Shown here: positions 1-11,002 of the stretch, in pieces
Position numbering within the stretch: the first letter of the stretch is position 1
How the letters are laid out: each line of letters starts with the position of its first letter
Source of the DNA: Octopus sinensis
Lineage: Eukaryota
Length of the DNA stretch: 38,661 bases
Direction: 5' to 3'
Assembly (NCBI RefSeq): GCF_006345805.1
Contig: NW_021832494.1
Coordinates: 1-38,661, forward strand
Program-made: the position numbers and the translations under genes
The notes under the pieces: model-generated
Told to the model about the DNA's origin: nothing
Database searches by the model: none
Seen by the model: only the letters and a program-made list of their open reading frames with translations

Positions 1-59
1 AGACCACAATGATTAGTGCCACACTCGTTGTCTGAAATGCAGTAAAATTATAAGTCGAA

Positions 60-140
60 CACAGCCCGGTCCGGGAATCGAACACACAACCTCACGATCG
101 CAAGCGCTACACTCTAACCACTGAGCCATGCCCCTTCACA
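60..140 (-). mobile_element. tRNA-derived SINE head fragment
   Basis: Minus strand reads TGTGAAGGGGCATGGCTCAGTGGTTAGAG...GTTCGATTCCCGGACCGGGC, with Pol III A-box (TGGCTCAGTGG) and B-box (GTTCGATTCC); related to the heads at 11876 and 26826. Confidence 0.7.
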
Positions 141-539
141 GAGAGAAACAGATATATATATAAAATTATCACTTATATATATAAGAGAATAAGGTGTACG
201 TGTAACATCGTCCGTTTTTCTGTTTCTGTTTAGTATACATTCGATCCTTTTTCCAAGAAATCTAATGCTCGTAGCTTAGTTTTTCCTTGGAGCTGGCCAG
301 ATCGGAGCAATCTCAAGATTAATCAGCCAAAATTCCGAGGATGATCCGGTTCTTGACTGAAGATTAAAAGCTTCGAATGACCCGTCCGTGTTTTTTGTAT
401 TGTCTATTTGGATGTTTTGCATTCTTGTCCCATTTTGTATTTGTATGTATATATATATATATAGAATTATGTGCCTTCACAGTTAAAGATTAAAGATATA
501 TGTATATATAGTTAAAGTTAATCCAAACAAGAAAGCACA

Positions 540-725
540 AAAAAACACAACAACGCGAGGACGTGGAACAAATATAGTATTATTGGACGCTCAGGAAAGA
601 ATGAAAGGAGGAGGGTTTAATGTTTCAAGCAGAGCTCTTCGTCGGAAACATAGGAGAAGGAAAGATCCAGAGAAGGGAAGACAGAGGAAAAAAAAAATCA
701 CCAACGGTACACACGAGGTCACATT
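540..725 (-). mobile_element. PLE-like 3' terminal remnant with degenerate hammerhead motif (615-649)
   Basis: Minus: GTTT-CCGACGAA-GAGC-TCT-GCTT-GAAA-CAT-T-AAAC (stem I GTTT/AAAC, stem II GAGC/GCTT), followed by an AT-rich tail; same layout as 23395-23535 and 30615-30805. Confidence 0.45.
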
Positions 726-818
726 TTGAAAAACCGGAAGGAAAAGGGTGAAGAAAGATGTATATATATAGATAAATGAAAGAATGGAGTCGAACGACGA
801 TTTAACAAAATTCCTTTA

Positions 819-901
819 TTCTCGACACATGTTTCGAAGACTGCATATTCTTAATTCCGAAGGAATAAAGGGTGCATTATGCCGTCTTCTCATCAGGAAA
901 G
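819..901 (-). ncRNA. Type I hammerhead ribozyme candidate, canonical core, in a PLE-like terminal repeat remnant (~780-1020)
   Basis: Minus: CTTTC-CTGATGA-GAAGAC-[~42 nt incl. ATTCC-TTCG-GAAT hairpin]-GTCTTC-GAA-ACATGTGT-C-GAGAA, overlapping AATAAA; 6-bp perfect stem II, GUC cleavage triplet, stem III self-complementary as a dimer. Confidence 0.75.
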
Positions 902-1024
902 ACAAGGAACTTATGTCAGCATCATGTAGCTTCAACCGTGCTTTCTGACGTAAATTTGCTACCAGGGTATCGGTTAACCAAATTATCCATCCTAGGATAA
1001 TTCATTCATTTACTTAAACATATA

Positions 1025-1454
1025 TCTCTATATATAAACGGCAGTTTGTCTGTCTGTGTGTCTGTCAGGTTGTACCCTTACCCTGACCACGACTTTCAAC
1101 CGATTCTGATGAAACTTGACACACACATAGCCCAATGTCATAATTCAAAACTAACGCAGCGAAAATTTTGAAAAGTTCCCCCAGTTCTGAAAAAAATCGA
1201 TAAATTCGACATGGGGTCGAGAATCTAAGCTTTTTATATGCAACACATTTTCTGTCTAGGGGACACAACTCGACCTTTTTATCGCATAAAGGGACAGCTA
1301 GGAACATCGTATGCACAGAAGTATTCGAGTGAAGAGAAGACATTGCAACCTACACATGCGCCTTCATTCCCAAGAGGGAAAGGACTAGATTGGGATTAGT
1401 CATTGCCTACTAGGGGCTCTTATATACCCGGGCAACGCCGGGCTATGCTGCTAG
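1025..1454 (+). mobile_element. Non-autonomous Helitron
   Basis: Starts A|TC (TCTCTATATATAAACGG), ends CTAG|T, with GC hairpin CCCGGGCAACGCCGGG about 10 nt before the end; no TSD; 5' ~200 bp nearly identical to 23549-23750. Confidence 0.8.
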
Positions 1455-1977
1455 TATATATTAAAACCACAAATGATTAGTGCCACACTCATGTTTCTGA
1501 AATGCAGCAGAAATCATTTGTCAACTGCAAATGACTGTTTTTGAAACTAAATTTATACACTTTTTACACCAGTTTCATAATATCATATTTTTGTCTTGGC
1601 TCTTTTCTCTCACTTTTGAATATTTTAGTTGTATGCATATTGTTTGCATTGTTGTTGCTGTAGTTGTTGTTGTTGTTGTTGTCAGAGGATTTTTCTTTCT
1701 TTTTTTTGTTTTTTTTTTTCCGTGTTTGTTTTGTTGAAAAGCTCACAGCTGTTCTTCGAAGAAGGGGGAAAAAAAAATCCCCAAAAAAACCAAAAAACCA
1801 AAAAACCAAAAAAGGAAATAAAACTGTCTACACGCGTTTAACCTTCTTTCAGTTGACGACTGAGGAGAGGAGATGCTACAAGCAAAGTATGGAGCACGGG
1901 GGGGGGGGGGGGAGAAAAGAAAAAGAAAAAGACAAAAGAACAAACAAGAAAAGGAAAGAAAGACAAACAAAACAAGG

Positions 1978-2713
1978 ACAATGATAATGATAAAGATGAT
2001 AGTAGTAGTAGTAGTAGTAGTAGTGAAGATTATGAGGATGTTGTTATAATAATAATAATAATGATAATAATAATAATAACATTAATAATAATGATAATAA
2101 TAAAGATAATTATAATGATAATAATAATAATAACATTACATAATAGTATTATAATAATAATAGATGATAATAAAGGTGATGAAGATGATAGTGGTAGTAG
2201 TAGTGAAGATTATGAGGATGTAATAATAATAATAATAATAATGAACTATAAGATTAATAATAATAGTATTAGTAATATAATAGTGTATAATAATGATGAT
2301 AATAATGATAATAATAATAATAATAATAATAATGATAATAATGATAACATTGAAATAATAGTATTATAATAATAATAATAGTAATAATTAATGATGATAT
2401 AATAATAATAATAATACATAATAATAATGATATAAGAATAATAACATAACAATAATGTATATTAGTAATAATAATGATGATAATAAAGGTGATGAAGATG
2501 ATAGTTGTAGTAGTAGTGAAGATTATGAGGATGTTAATAATAATAATAATAATAATGATACTAATAAGATTAATAATAATAGTATTAGTAATAATAATAG
2601 TAATAATAATGATGATAATAATGATAATAATAATAATAATAATAATAATGATAATAATGATAACATTGATAATAATAGTATTAGTAATAATAATAATAGT
2701 AATAATAATGATG

Positions 2714-2747
<34 letters not shown>

Positions 2748-2959
2748 TAATAATAATAATAACATTAACAATAATAGTATTAGTAATAATAATGATGATA
2801 ATAAAGGTGATGAAGATGATAGTGGTAGTAGTAGTGAAGATTATGAGGATGTTAATAATAATAATAATAATAATGATACTAATAAGATTAATAATAATAG
2901 TATTAGTAATAATAATGATGATAGTAATAATGATAATAAAGGTGATGAAGATGATAGTG

Positions 2960-3008
<49 letters not shown>

Positions 3009-3392
3009 CAGCCACAGTGGTAGTAAAGATGATGTTAATAATAACAAAAGCATTAATAATAATAATATTAGTAGTAATAATAATAATCTCAAGAATAGTA
3101 ATAATAATAATAATGTAGCATTTATAATAGTAACAAAAATAATATTAATGATGATACTAATGTGATCGTACTACTAATAATAATGATAATGGTAATAATA
3201 ACAACGGTAACAAGAAGAAGAAGGAAGAAAGACAAAAAGATGAAGAAGAAGAAAATAGCAATAGTAATAATAGTGGTGATGATGATGATGGTAATAGTAA
3301 TTTTTAAAATATAAATTAGTTGATTTGTCAATTATGTATACAATTTTTTAATCAAACTTTTCATTTTTGAGTATTTTTAAAATAATAACAAC

Positions 3393-3435
<43 letters not shown>
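1978..3435. repeat. Compound (AAT)n/(GAT)n/(AGT)n trinucleotide repeat with higher-order units
   Basis: GATGATAATAAAGGTGATGAAGATGATAGTGGTAGTAGTAGTGAAGATTATGAGGATG recurs near 1985 (partial), 2163, 2475, 2794 and 2930 (partial), between AAT tracts. Confidence 0.9.
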
Positions 3436-3657
3436 GTGATAATTCATGCGTTTATTATTTCGTGTTCTTTTCGTTTTAGTGAAATATTTCATTTGTGTGT
3501 GTGATTTTGCTAATTTTATCTAAGTTTATTCAATCATTATTAATAGTATCATCATCACCACCACCACCATCATCATCACCACCACTACCATCATCATCAT
3601 TATCATCATCACCACTACACCACTATCCTCCACCTCATCATCCCTATTATTATTAAG

Positions 3658-3885
3658 ACGGTGAGCTGGCAGAAATGTTACCTCGCCGGGTGAAATGCTT
3701 AGCAGTATTTCATCTGTCTTTATGTTCTGAGTTCAAATTCCGCCGAGGTCAACTTTCCCTTTCATCCTTTCGGAGTCAATAAATTAAGTACCACTTGCAT
3801 ACTAGGGTCAATCTAATCAACTGCTCCCCTCCCCAAAAATTTCAGGCCTTTTGCCTTTTGTAGAAAGGATTGTTATAATTATATT
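3658..3885 (+). mobile_element. tRNA-derived SINE, family D (older subfamily)
   Basis: A-box-like TGGCAGAAATGTTA, B-box GAGTTCAAATTCC, core GAGGTCAACTTTCCCTTTCATCCTTTCGGAGTCAATAAA; homologous to the arrays at 10.3 and 12.8 kb. Confidence 0.75.
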
Positions 3886-3976
3886 AGCCGGGTGGTTAGA
3901 TCGTTGGGTAAACTACTTCACAACATCGATCCGGCTCCTACGCCATGGGCTCAAATCCTGCCAAGGGTATTTTTAT

Positions 3977-4363
3977 AGGCGCAGGAGTGGCTGTGTGATA
4001 AGTAGCTTCCTTACGAACCACATGGTTCTGGGTTCAGTCCCACTGCGTGACACCTTGGGCAAGTATCTTCTGCTATAGCCTCGGGCCGACCAAAGCCTTG
4101 TGAGTGGATTTGGTAGACGGAAATTGAAAGAAGCCCGTCGTATATATGTATATATATGCTTGTGTGTCTGTGTTTGTCCCCCCAACATCGCTTGACAACC
4201 GATGCAGGTGTGTTTATGTCCCCGTAACTTAGCGGTTCGGCAAAACAGACCGATAGAATAAGTACTAGGCTTACAAAGAATAAGTCCTGGGGTCGATTTG
4301 CTCGACTAAAGGCGGTGCTCCAGCATGGCCACAGTCACATGACTGAAACAAGTAAAAGAGTAA
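3977..4363 (+). mobile_element. tRNA/CORE-like SINE family A, full length
   Basis: Head GCAGGAGTGGCTGTGTG...GGGTTCAGTCCCACTG, CORE-like CACCTTGGGCAAGT, internal (TA)n, 3' module ending CAAGTAAAAGAGTAA; many near-identical copies in the window. Confidence 0.9.
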
Positions 4364-4628
4364 ACAAACAAAATTGTACGTATTCTGATAAAATGATAAA
4401 AATGAAGAACAGAATGGAGCAAGTGGAGCAAGGACACACACGAAAGTGAAAAGTGTCACTGAAGAGGTCACAGATGTGTGACAAAAGATTTCCAGACAAT
4501 AGACATGAGAGTTAAAATAATAAAATAAGAACAGTAATAAACCAGTGAAGAAAAAAATATATAGCGCATGGGTTTATTCAGCAGGAAAAAAATGACCATC
4601 CCAAAATACAACGATAAAAATAATAATA

Positions 4629-5026
4629 AGGTGCAGGAGTGGCTGTGTGGTAAGTAGCTTGCTGACCAACCACATGGTTCCGGGTTCAGTCCCACTGCGT
4701 GAAACCTTGGGCAGGTGTCTTCCGCTATAGCCTTGGGCCGACCAAAGCCTTGTGAGTGGTTTGGTAGATGGAAACTGAAAGAAGCCTGTCATATATATGT
4801 ATATATGTATATATATATATGTATGTGTGTCTGTGTTTGTCCCCCTAGCATTGCTTGACAACCGATGCTGGTGCGTTTATGTCCCCGTTACTTAGCGGTT
4901 CGGCAAAAGAGACCGATAGAATAAGTACTGGGTTTACAAAGAATAAGTCCCGGGGTCAACTAAAGGCGGTGCTCCAGCATGGCCACAGTCAAATGACTGA
5001 AACAAGTAAAAGAGAGTAAAGAGTAA
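4629..5026 (+). mobile_element. SINE family A, full length
   Basis: Colinear with 3977-4363; AAAGAGT tail. Confidence 0.9.
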
Positions 5027-5247
5027 GCTTTAAGCATTCACCATCTATTGGCTATAGAAAATAGTATCATATTTAGGCAATGGGAAAAATGGATATTAGT
5101 ACACATGGGAATTGAACTTACACTTCTTATATTCACAGTAAGTGTGCTTATATTCACAGTAAGTAATAGTTTTAATACATTCTCAAAGATTTGTTTTTGT
5201 CAGGTGGAGTTGTGGCATCCATCGAAAAACAAGTCTTTTTAAAAGTT

Positions 5248-5602
5248 AACCGATGCCAGTGCCGCCTCAACTGGCTTCTGTGTCGGTGGCACGTAAAAAG
5301 CACCATCCGAATCGTGGCCGAAGCCAGTGCCGCCTCGACTGGCTTCCGTGCAGGTGGCACGTAAAATGCACCAATCCGACCGTGGCCGATGCCAGCCTCG
5401 CCTGGCACCAGTGCAGGTGGCACGTAAAAAGCACCCACTACACTCGCGGAGTGGTTGGCGTTAGGAAGGGCATCCAGCTGTAGAAACATTGCCAGATAAG
5501 ACCGGAGCCTGGTGCAGCCTTCTGGCTTCCCAGATCCTCGGTCGAACCATCCAACCCATGCTAGCATGGAGAACGGACGTTAAACGATGATGATGATGAT
5601 GA
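5248..5602 (+). mobile_element. SINE family C body and tail with three internal ~65-bp tandem units and a (GAT)n tail
   Basis: GGTGGCACGTAAAA(A/T)GCACC three times; GTTGGCGTTAGGAAGGGCATCCAG (resembles the Meta-SINE core); tail GGACGTTAAACGATGATGATG similar to RTE-mobilised tails. Confidence 0.75.
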
Positions 5603-6050
5603 ACCTAAATTTCCTGACCGGTCTGTATATCAAAATTCCAAAGAATGGTAACTTCAGCATTATTGGTTCTTGCCCACTTGTGGTTGTTTTGTGTTTACAC
5701 CAGGGTAATTCCACACAAACGGAGGCAAAAACTGAAAAATTATAAAACTGTGCTACCATGATTTAGGTACTTAGAATTCAAAAATGTAGAAAAGAAGTTT
5801 CTGCAGGACTATCGTCATGTGACCAGGGCATCCATCTTGGATCCAGTCTAGAAGATGACAATTTGACTGCAAAAACAAAAAGTAGGTATCCAGTTCCATC
5901 CTAGAAAAAAATTAACTATCCATTTTGCAAAGATGCATTTTCAGGAAGAACTAAAGTAAAACTACAGTTTGGTAGTGTTATTTTTTGGAAGATCATCCTA
6001 CTTGTCAGCAAAAACAGAATTTATTGTGGCCATTGGAATTTATTGCTCTC

Positions 6051-6463
6051 TCTTTACTCTTTTACTCTTTTCAGTCATTTGACTGCGGCCATGCTGGAGC
6101 ACCGCCTTTTAGTTGAGCAAATCGACCCCGGGACTTATTCTTTTGTAAGCCCAGTACTTATTCTATCGGTGTCTTTTGCCGAACCGCTAAGTTACAGAGG
6201 ACATAAACACACCAGCATCGGTTATCAAGCAATGCTAGGGGGACAAACACAGACACACAAACATATACACACACATATACATATATATACATATATACGA
6301 CAGGCTTCTTTCAGTTTCCGTCTACCCAATCCACTCACAAGGCTTTGGTCAGCCCAAGGCTATAGCAGAAGACACTTGCCCAAGATGCCACGCAGTGGGA
6401 CTGAACCCGGAACCATGTGGTTGGTAAGCAAGCTACTTACCACACAGCCACTCCCACACCTAT
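6051..6463 (-). mobile_element. SINE family A, full length
   Basis: Reverse complement of the 3977-4363 consensus. Confidence 0.9.
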
Positions 6464-6752
6464 TGTGTCAGTTACAGTTTGGAATTATAAGTTTAGTCTT
6501 CAAAATCCTGACAAATAATTACTTTAAACCAATGCAACCATTATGACATGCTGTAAAGGGGAATTTTATTCTTATACACAGCGCTTTATATTTTCAGTTA
6601 TATGTACCTGCTTGTGCACCGTGCGTGGAAATTTCAGCCACATTATGAGCGGTGACTTGTTGTATTATAGAGCTCCCACAGTTACCTGCAATGCAGGTAA
6701 AATGTCTAGATTGAATTATCTAAGACATTATGCATGTGCTGCAATAATCTTC

Positions 6753-7331
6753 ATAGGCGCAGGAGTGGCTGTGTGGTAAGTAGCTTGCTTACCAACCACA
6801 TGGTTCCGGGTTCAGTCCCACTGCGTGGCACCTTGGGCAAGTGCCTTCTGCTATAGCCCCGGGCCGACCAATGCCTTGTGAGTGGATTTGGTAGACGGAA
6901 ACTGAAAGAAGCCCGTCGTATATATGTATATATATGCAGGAGTGGCTGTGTGGTAAGTAGCTTGCTTACCAACCACATGGTTCCGGGTTCAGTCCCACTG
7001 CGTGGCACCTTGGGCAAGTGCCTTCTGCTATAGCCCCAGGCCGACCAATGCCTTGTGAGTGGATTTGGTAGACGGAAACTGAAAGAAGCCTGTCGTGTAT
7101 ATGTATGTATGTATGTGTGTGTATATGTTTGTGTGTCTGTTTGTCCCTCTAGCATTGCTTGACAACTGATGCTGGTGTGTTTATGTCCCCGTTACTTAGC
7201 GGTTCGGCAAAAGAGACTGATAGAATAAGTACTGGGCTTACAAAGAATAAGTCCCGGGGTCGATTTGCTCGACTAAAGGCGGTGCTCCAGCATGGCTGCA
7301 GTCAAATGACTGAAACAAGTAAAAGAGTAAA
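6753..7331 (+). mobile_element. SINE family A: head module (6753-6935) followed by a full copy (6936-7331)
   Basis: Head/CORE module present twice, joined at the (TA)n linker. Confidence 0.9.
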
Positions 7332-7702
7332 CGTTATTTGGAACTTTGTGTTCAAGTGCAGCACACATTTTGAATGCATAGTCTATGTTTTTTACCTTTT
7401 GATCAATTCCTCATGTACCTGATTGATTGAGATGAAACTGTGGTTGACAATACGTGCATCTCTGATGATGAGCAGAAATAGTGAGGGATCATCATAGCCA
7501 TGTGTTGTGAAAGGTTCTTTCAGGTTTGAGAACTATGTCAAGGTTACGTATGACTTGTATTATAGAGCTCCCACAGTTACCTGCAATGCAGGTAAAATGT
7601 CTAGATTGAATTATCTAAGACATTATGCATGTGCTGCAATAATCTTCAAGAAGCGTTATTTAGAACTTTGTGTTCAAGTGCAGCATACATTTTGAATGCA
7701 TA

Positions 7703-8095
7703 CTTTACTTTACTTTTACTTGTTTCAGTCATTTGACTGCGGCTATGCTGGAGCACCGCCTTTAGTCGAGCAAATCGACCCCGGGACTTATTCTTTGTAA
7801 GCCCAGTACTTATTCTATCGGTCTCTTTTGCCGAACTGCTAAGTAACGGGGACATAAACACACCAGCATCGGTTGTCAAGCAATGCTAGGGGGACAAACA
7901 CACACACATACATACATATATATATACATATATACAACAGGCTTCTTTCAGTTTCCGTCTACCAAATCCACTCACAAGGCATTGGTCGGCCCGGGGCTAT
8001 AGTAGAAGACACTTGCCCAAGGTGCCAACAGTGGGATTGAACCCGGAACCATGTGGTTGGTTAGCAAGCTACTTACCACACAGCCACTCCTGCGC
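7703..8095 (-). mobile_element. SINE family A, full length
   Basis: Reverse complement of consensus; short (GC)ATA duplication at the flanks when compared with the empty site at ~7375-7385. Confidence 0.9.
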
Positions 8096-8355
8096 ATAGT
8101 GTATGTTTTTTACCTTTTGATCAACTCCTCATGTACCTGGTTGATTAAGATGAAAATGTGGTTGACAATACGTGCATCTCTGATGATGAGCAGAAATAGT
8201 GAGGGATCGTCATAGCCATGTGTTGTGAAAAGTTCTTTCAGGTTTGAGAACTATGTCAAGGTTACATGTGACTGTGGAGTACTCGGCCAGTTGCATGTTA
8301 ATTTCATGTGCAGGCTGTTTTGTGCTGTTTACCCTAGATGGACTTCTCCTCTATT

Positions 8356-8608
8356 CATCATCATCATCATCATCGTTTAACGTCCGTTTTCCGCGCTAGC
8401 ACGGGTTGGACGGTTCGACCGGGGTCTGGGAATCCAGATGGCTGCACCAGGCTCCAGTCTGATCTGGCAGTGTTTCTACAGCTGGATGCCCTACCTAACG
8501 CCAACCACTCCGCGAGTGTAGTGGGTGCTTTTTACATGCCACCGGCACAGGTGCCAGGGGAGTCTAGCATCGGCCACGATTGGTTGGTGCTTTTAACATG
8601 CCACCGGC
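8356..8608 (-). mobile_element. SINE family C 3' portion
   Basis: Reverse complement of 5370-5600, including the (CAT)n tail. Confidence 0.8.
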
Positions 8609-8616
8609 TTATCTAT

Positions 8617-8914
8617 TGCAGTGTGGAAGGTGTTTATAAGCCATTTAAGAAACACACAAAAACCGTCAGATTCACTTCAACATTTAAATTTAATTTGTCG
8701 AAATATTTTCGTCACTGCACAGAATTTTGTCAGTGAACAGGTCATGGTCTCAAAGCGATGAAAATATTTGACAAATTAAAATTAAATGTTGAAGTGAATC
8801 TAACGGTTTTTGTGTTTCTTAAATGGCTTATAAACACCTTCCATGCTGCAATTGTTTTCGTTTTCAGCACACGATCTCCGATTAAGTCACTTGCTATGCA
8901 AGTATATCTCTAAT
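8617..8914. mobile_element. Palindromic (fold-back) MITE, left outer end missing
   Basis: ~100-bp inverted arms 8617-8712 and ~8757-8852; homologous to 33692-34023. Confidence 0.8.
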
Positions 8915-9008
8915 ATTTATCTATTTATTTTTCTAAATTTTATTTTGATATCTTTTGTTATATCAGTGTAAGCTCCATCTTTTTGTGTGCTGTATTTCAT
9001 GTTTTGAT

Positions 9009-9771
9009 CATCATCATCATTGTTCGACCGTGGTCGAAACTATGGAATTTACCATGCTACGCCAGACTTCACGGTCCATCACAGCATTACGGAGGTCCTG
9101 TTGCTGGATGCCTGTATCCCTGGAGATTACATCAGGGTAGGAGAGTGTGCACCCTCTGGTATTGCGAGTAGATGGCTTCCAGAGGAGAAGAGTAGAAATT
9201 ACTTCGTTTTCAGCTCTACAACAATGTCCAGCAAACTGGACTCTCCTACCTTTCACAAGAGATGACACAGGTGGTAGTTTCCCATATATTTGCATTTTGG
9301 TTGGATGACGCTTCCACGAGAGATTTTGAGCTCTTATAAGGAGGCGAGTATAGGTTCCATCCAACCGCCTCTCAAGCTTCTTTGATAACATCCAGGTTTC
9401 TGAGCCGTATAGTAGAATTGGTTCGACTGTGGCTTTGAAGATTTTAAGTTTGAAATCTCAACAACCCTGCAACCTCTGGCTCTGAGATGATACTGGTGGT
9501 AGTTTTCCATATATTTGTACTTTGGTTGGATGACTCTTCCACGAGAGATTTTGAGCTCTCATAAGGAGGCGAGTGTAGGTTCCATCCAACCGCCTCTCAA
9601 GCTTCTTTGATAACGTCCAGGTTTCTGAGCCATATAGTAGAATTGGTTCGACTGTGTCTTTGAAGATTTCAAGTTTGAAGTCTCTACTTAGATTTGATGA
9701 CCAGATCTTATGCATGTCTTTACAGGCTGACCAGGCCATACCCTTTCTAGTTAGAAAATCTTTTCCAGATG
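9009..9771 (-). mobile_element. 5'-truncated RTE-clade LINE (RT C-terminus), two overlapping pieces inside one TSD
   Basis: ORFs contain ILLYGSETWTLSKKLERRLDGTYTRLL...RRVQFAGHCCR; (TGA)n 3' tail; 10-bp direct repeat ATGTTTTGAT at 8999-9008 and 9772-9781. Confidence 0.85.
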
Positions 9772-9890
9772 ATGTTTTGATACTGCTCACACACACACAC
9801 ACACAATAAGAGAAAAAGAATCACAAAGACAAAGGTGAAGGGGAAAACCTAGTAAATTACACAGTATTTAAGGAAAGAGCACCCCTTATA

Positions 9891-10143
9891 TGCTGAACTG
9901 CTAACGTACAGGTAAGTAAACACACCAACATCGGTTGCCAAGCAGTGAAGGTGGCAGACGAACAAAGACATACACACATAGACATTTAAATATTTACAAA
10001 ATAGGCTTCTTCCAGTTTCCGTCTACGAAATCCACTCACAAGGCTTTGGTCAGTCCAAGGCTATAGAAGATTTTTGTCCGAGGTGCATTGCATTGAGACT
10101 GAACCCAGAACCATGTGGTCAGGATGCCAGCTTCTTACCACAC
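9891..10143 (-). mobile_element. Degraded SINE family A
   Basis: Diverged match to the CORE and 3' modules. Confidence 0.7.
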
Positions 10144-10319
10144 AACAGATAGAAGAGAATCAAGGTGGATAGAATAGTGCACAAATACCAAAATGCATGT
10201 GGGTTTGATTGGTAACACTGAAACAAAATTTTAATTTTTGTTTGTCTATGGTCCGTAAGTGTTATTTTCAATTTGCTTCTATCTAGAAATCAAAGGGAAT
10301 CACTACTAATCCCTTCAAA

Positions 10320-11002
10320 TTCCACTGAGGTCGACTTTGCCTTTCATCCTCTCGGGGTCGATTAAATAAGTACCAGTTACACACTGGGATCAATGTAATC
10401 GACTGAATCCGTTTGTCTGTCCTTGTTTGTCCCCTCTATGTTTAGCCCCTTGTGGGTAGTAAAGAAATAGGTATTTCGTCTGCCGCTACGTTCTGAGTTC
10501 AAATTCCGCCGAGGTCGACTTTACCTTTCATCCTTTCAGGGTCGATTAAATAAGTACCAGTTACGCACTGGGGTCGATGTAATCGACTGAATCTGTTTGT
10601 TTGTCCCCCTCTGTGTTGAGCCCCTTGTGGGTAGTAAAGAAATAGGTATTTTGCCTGCCGCTACGTTCTGAGTTCAAATTCCGCCAAGGTTGACTTTACC
10701 TTTCATCCTTTCGGGGTCGATTAAATAAGTACCTGTTACGCACTGGGGTCAATGTAATCGACTGAATCTGTTTGTTTGTCCCCTCTATGTTTAGCCCCTT
10801 GTGGGTAGTAAAGAAATAGGTATTTTGCCTGCCGCTACGTTCTGAGTTCAAATTCCTCCAAGGTCGACTTTGCCTTTTATCCTTTCGGGGTCGATTAAAT
10901 AAGTACCAGTTACGCACTGGGATCAATGTAATCGACTTAATACTTATGTCTGTCCTTGTTTATCCCCTCTATGTTTAGCCCCTTGTTGGTAGTAAAGAAA
11001 TA
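10320..11002 (+). mobile_element. Head-to-tail array of ~4 SINE family D bodies (~175-188 bp units)
   Basis: Unit GAGGTCGACTTT..CATCCTTTCGGGGTCGATTAAATAAGTACC...AAAGAAATA|GGTATTT..GAGTTCAAATTCC; whole array flanked by ACTACTAATCCCTTCAAA at 10302-10319 and 11003-11020. Confidence 0.9.

Larger units (their letters stand above)
6653..8272. repeat. Tandem duplication of a ~330-bp unit, each copy interrupted by a different SINE insertion
   Basis: TTGTATTATAGAGCTCCCACAG...AATAATCTTCA at 6660-6753 and 7555-7648; TTTTACCTTTTGATCAA...GTCAAGGTTAC at ~7390-7547 and ~8108-8265. Confidence 0.9.

Noticed and set aside
60-140. Possible tRNA genes at SINE heads (also ~11790-11876, ~26740-26826, ~3885-3966)
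   Set aside because: A/B boxes are present, but I could not form a full cloverleaf and they continue into SINE bodies
1898-1913. G homopolymer as a potential G-quadruplex
   Set aside because: Isolated run in low-complexity DNA with no functional context
2061-3331. Long poly-Ile/Met/Leu/Asn ORFs in several frames
   Set aside because: Stop-free translation of AAT/GAT repeats on both strands; no domain or splice evidence
5620-6040. Unique-looking AT-rich segment with a short Cys/Trp-containing frame (also 29330-29800 and 34400-34660)
   Set aside because: No recognisable domain or consistent splice signals; cannot support an exon or transposase call
6043-6546. 167-aa ORF and similar RLPNPLTRLWSA.. 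ORFs across the window
   Set aside because: Antisense read-through of SINE family A, repeated in every copy
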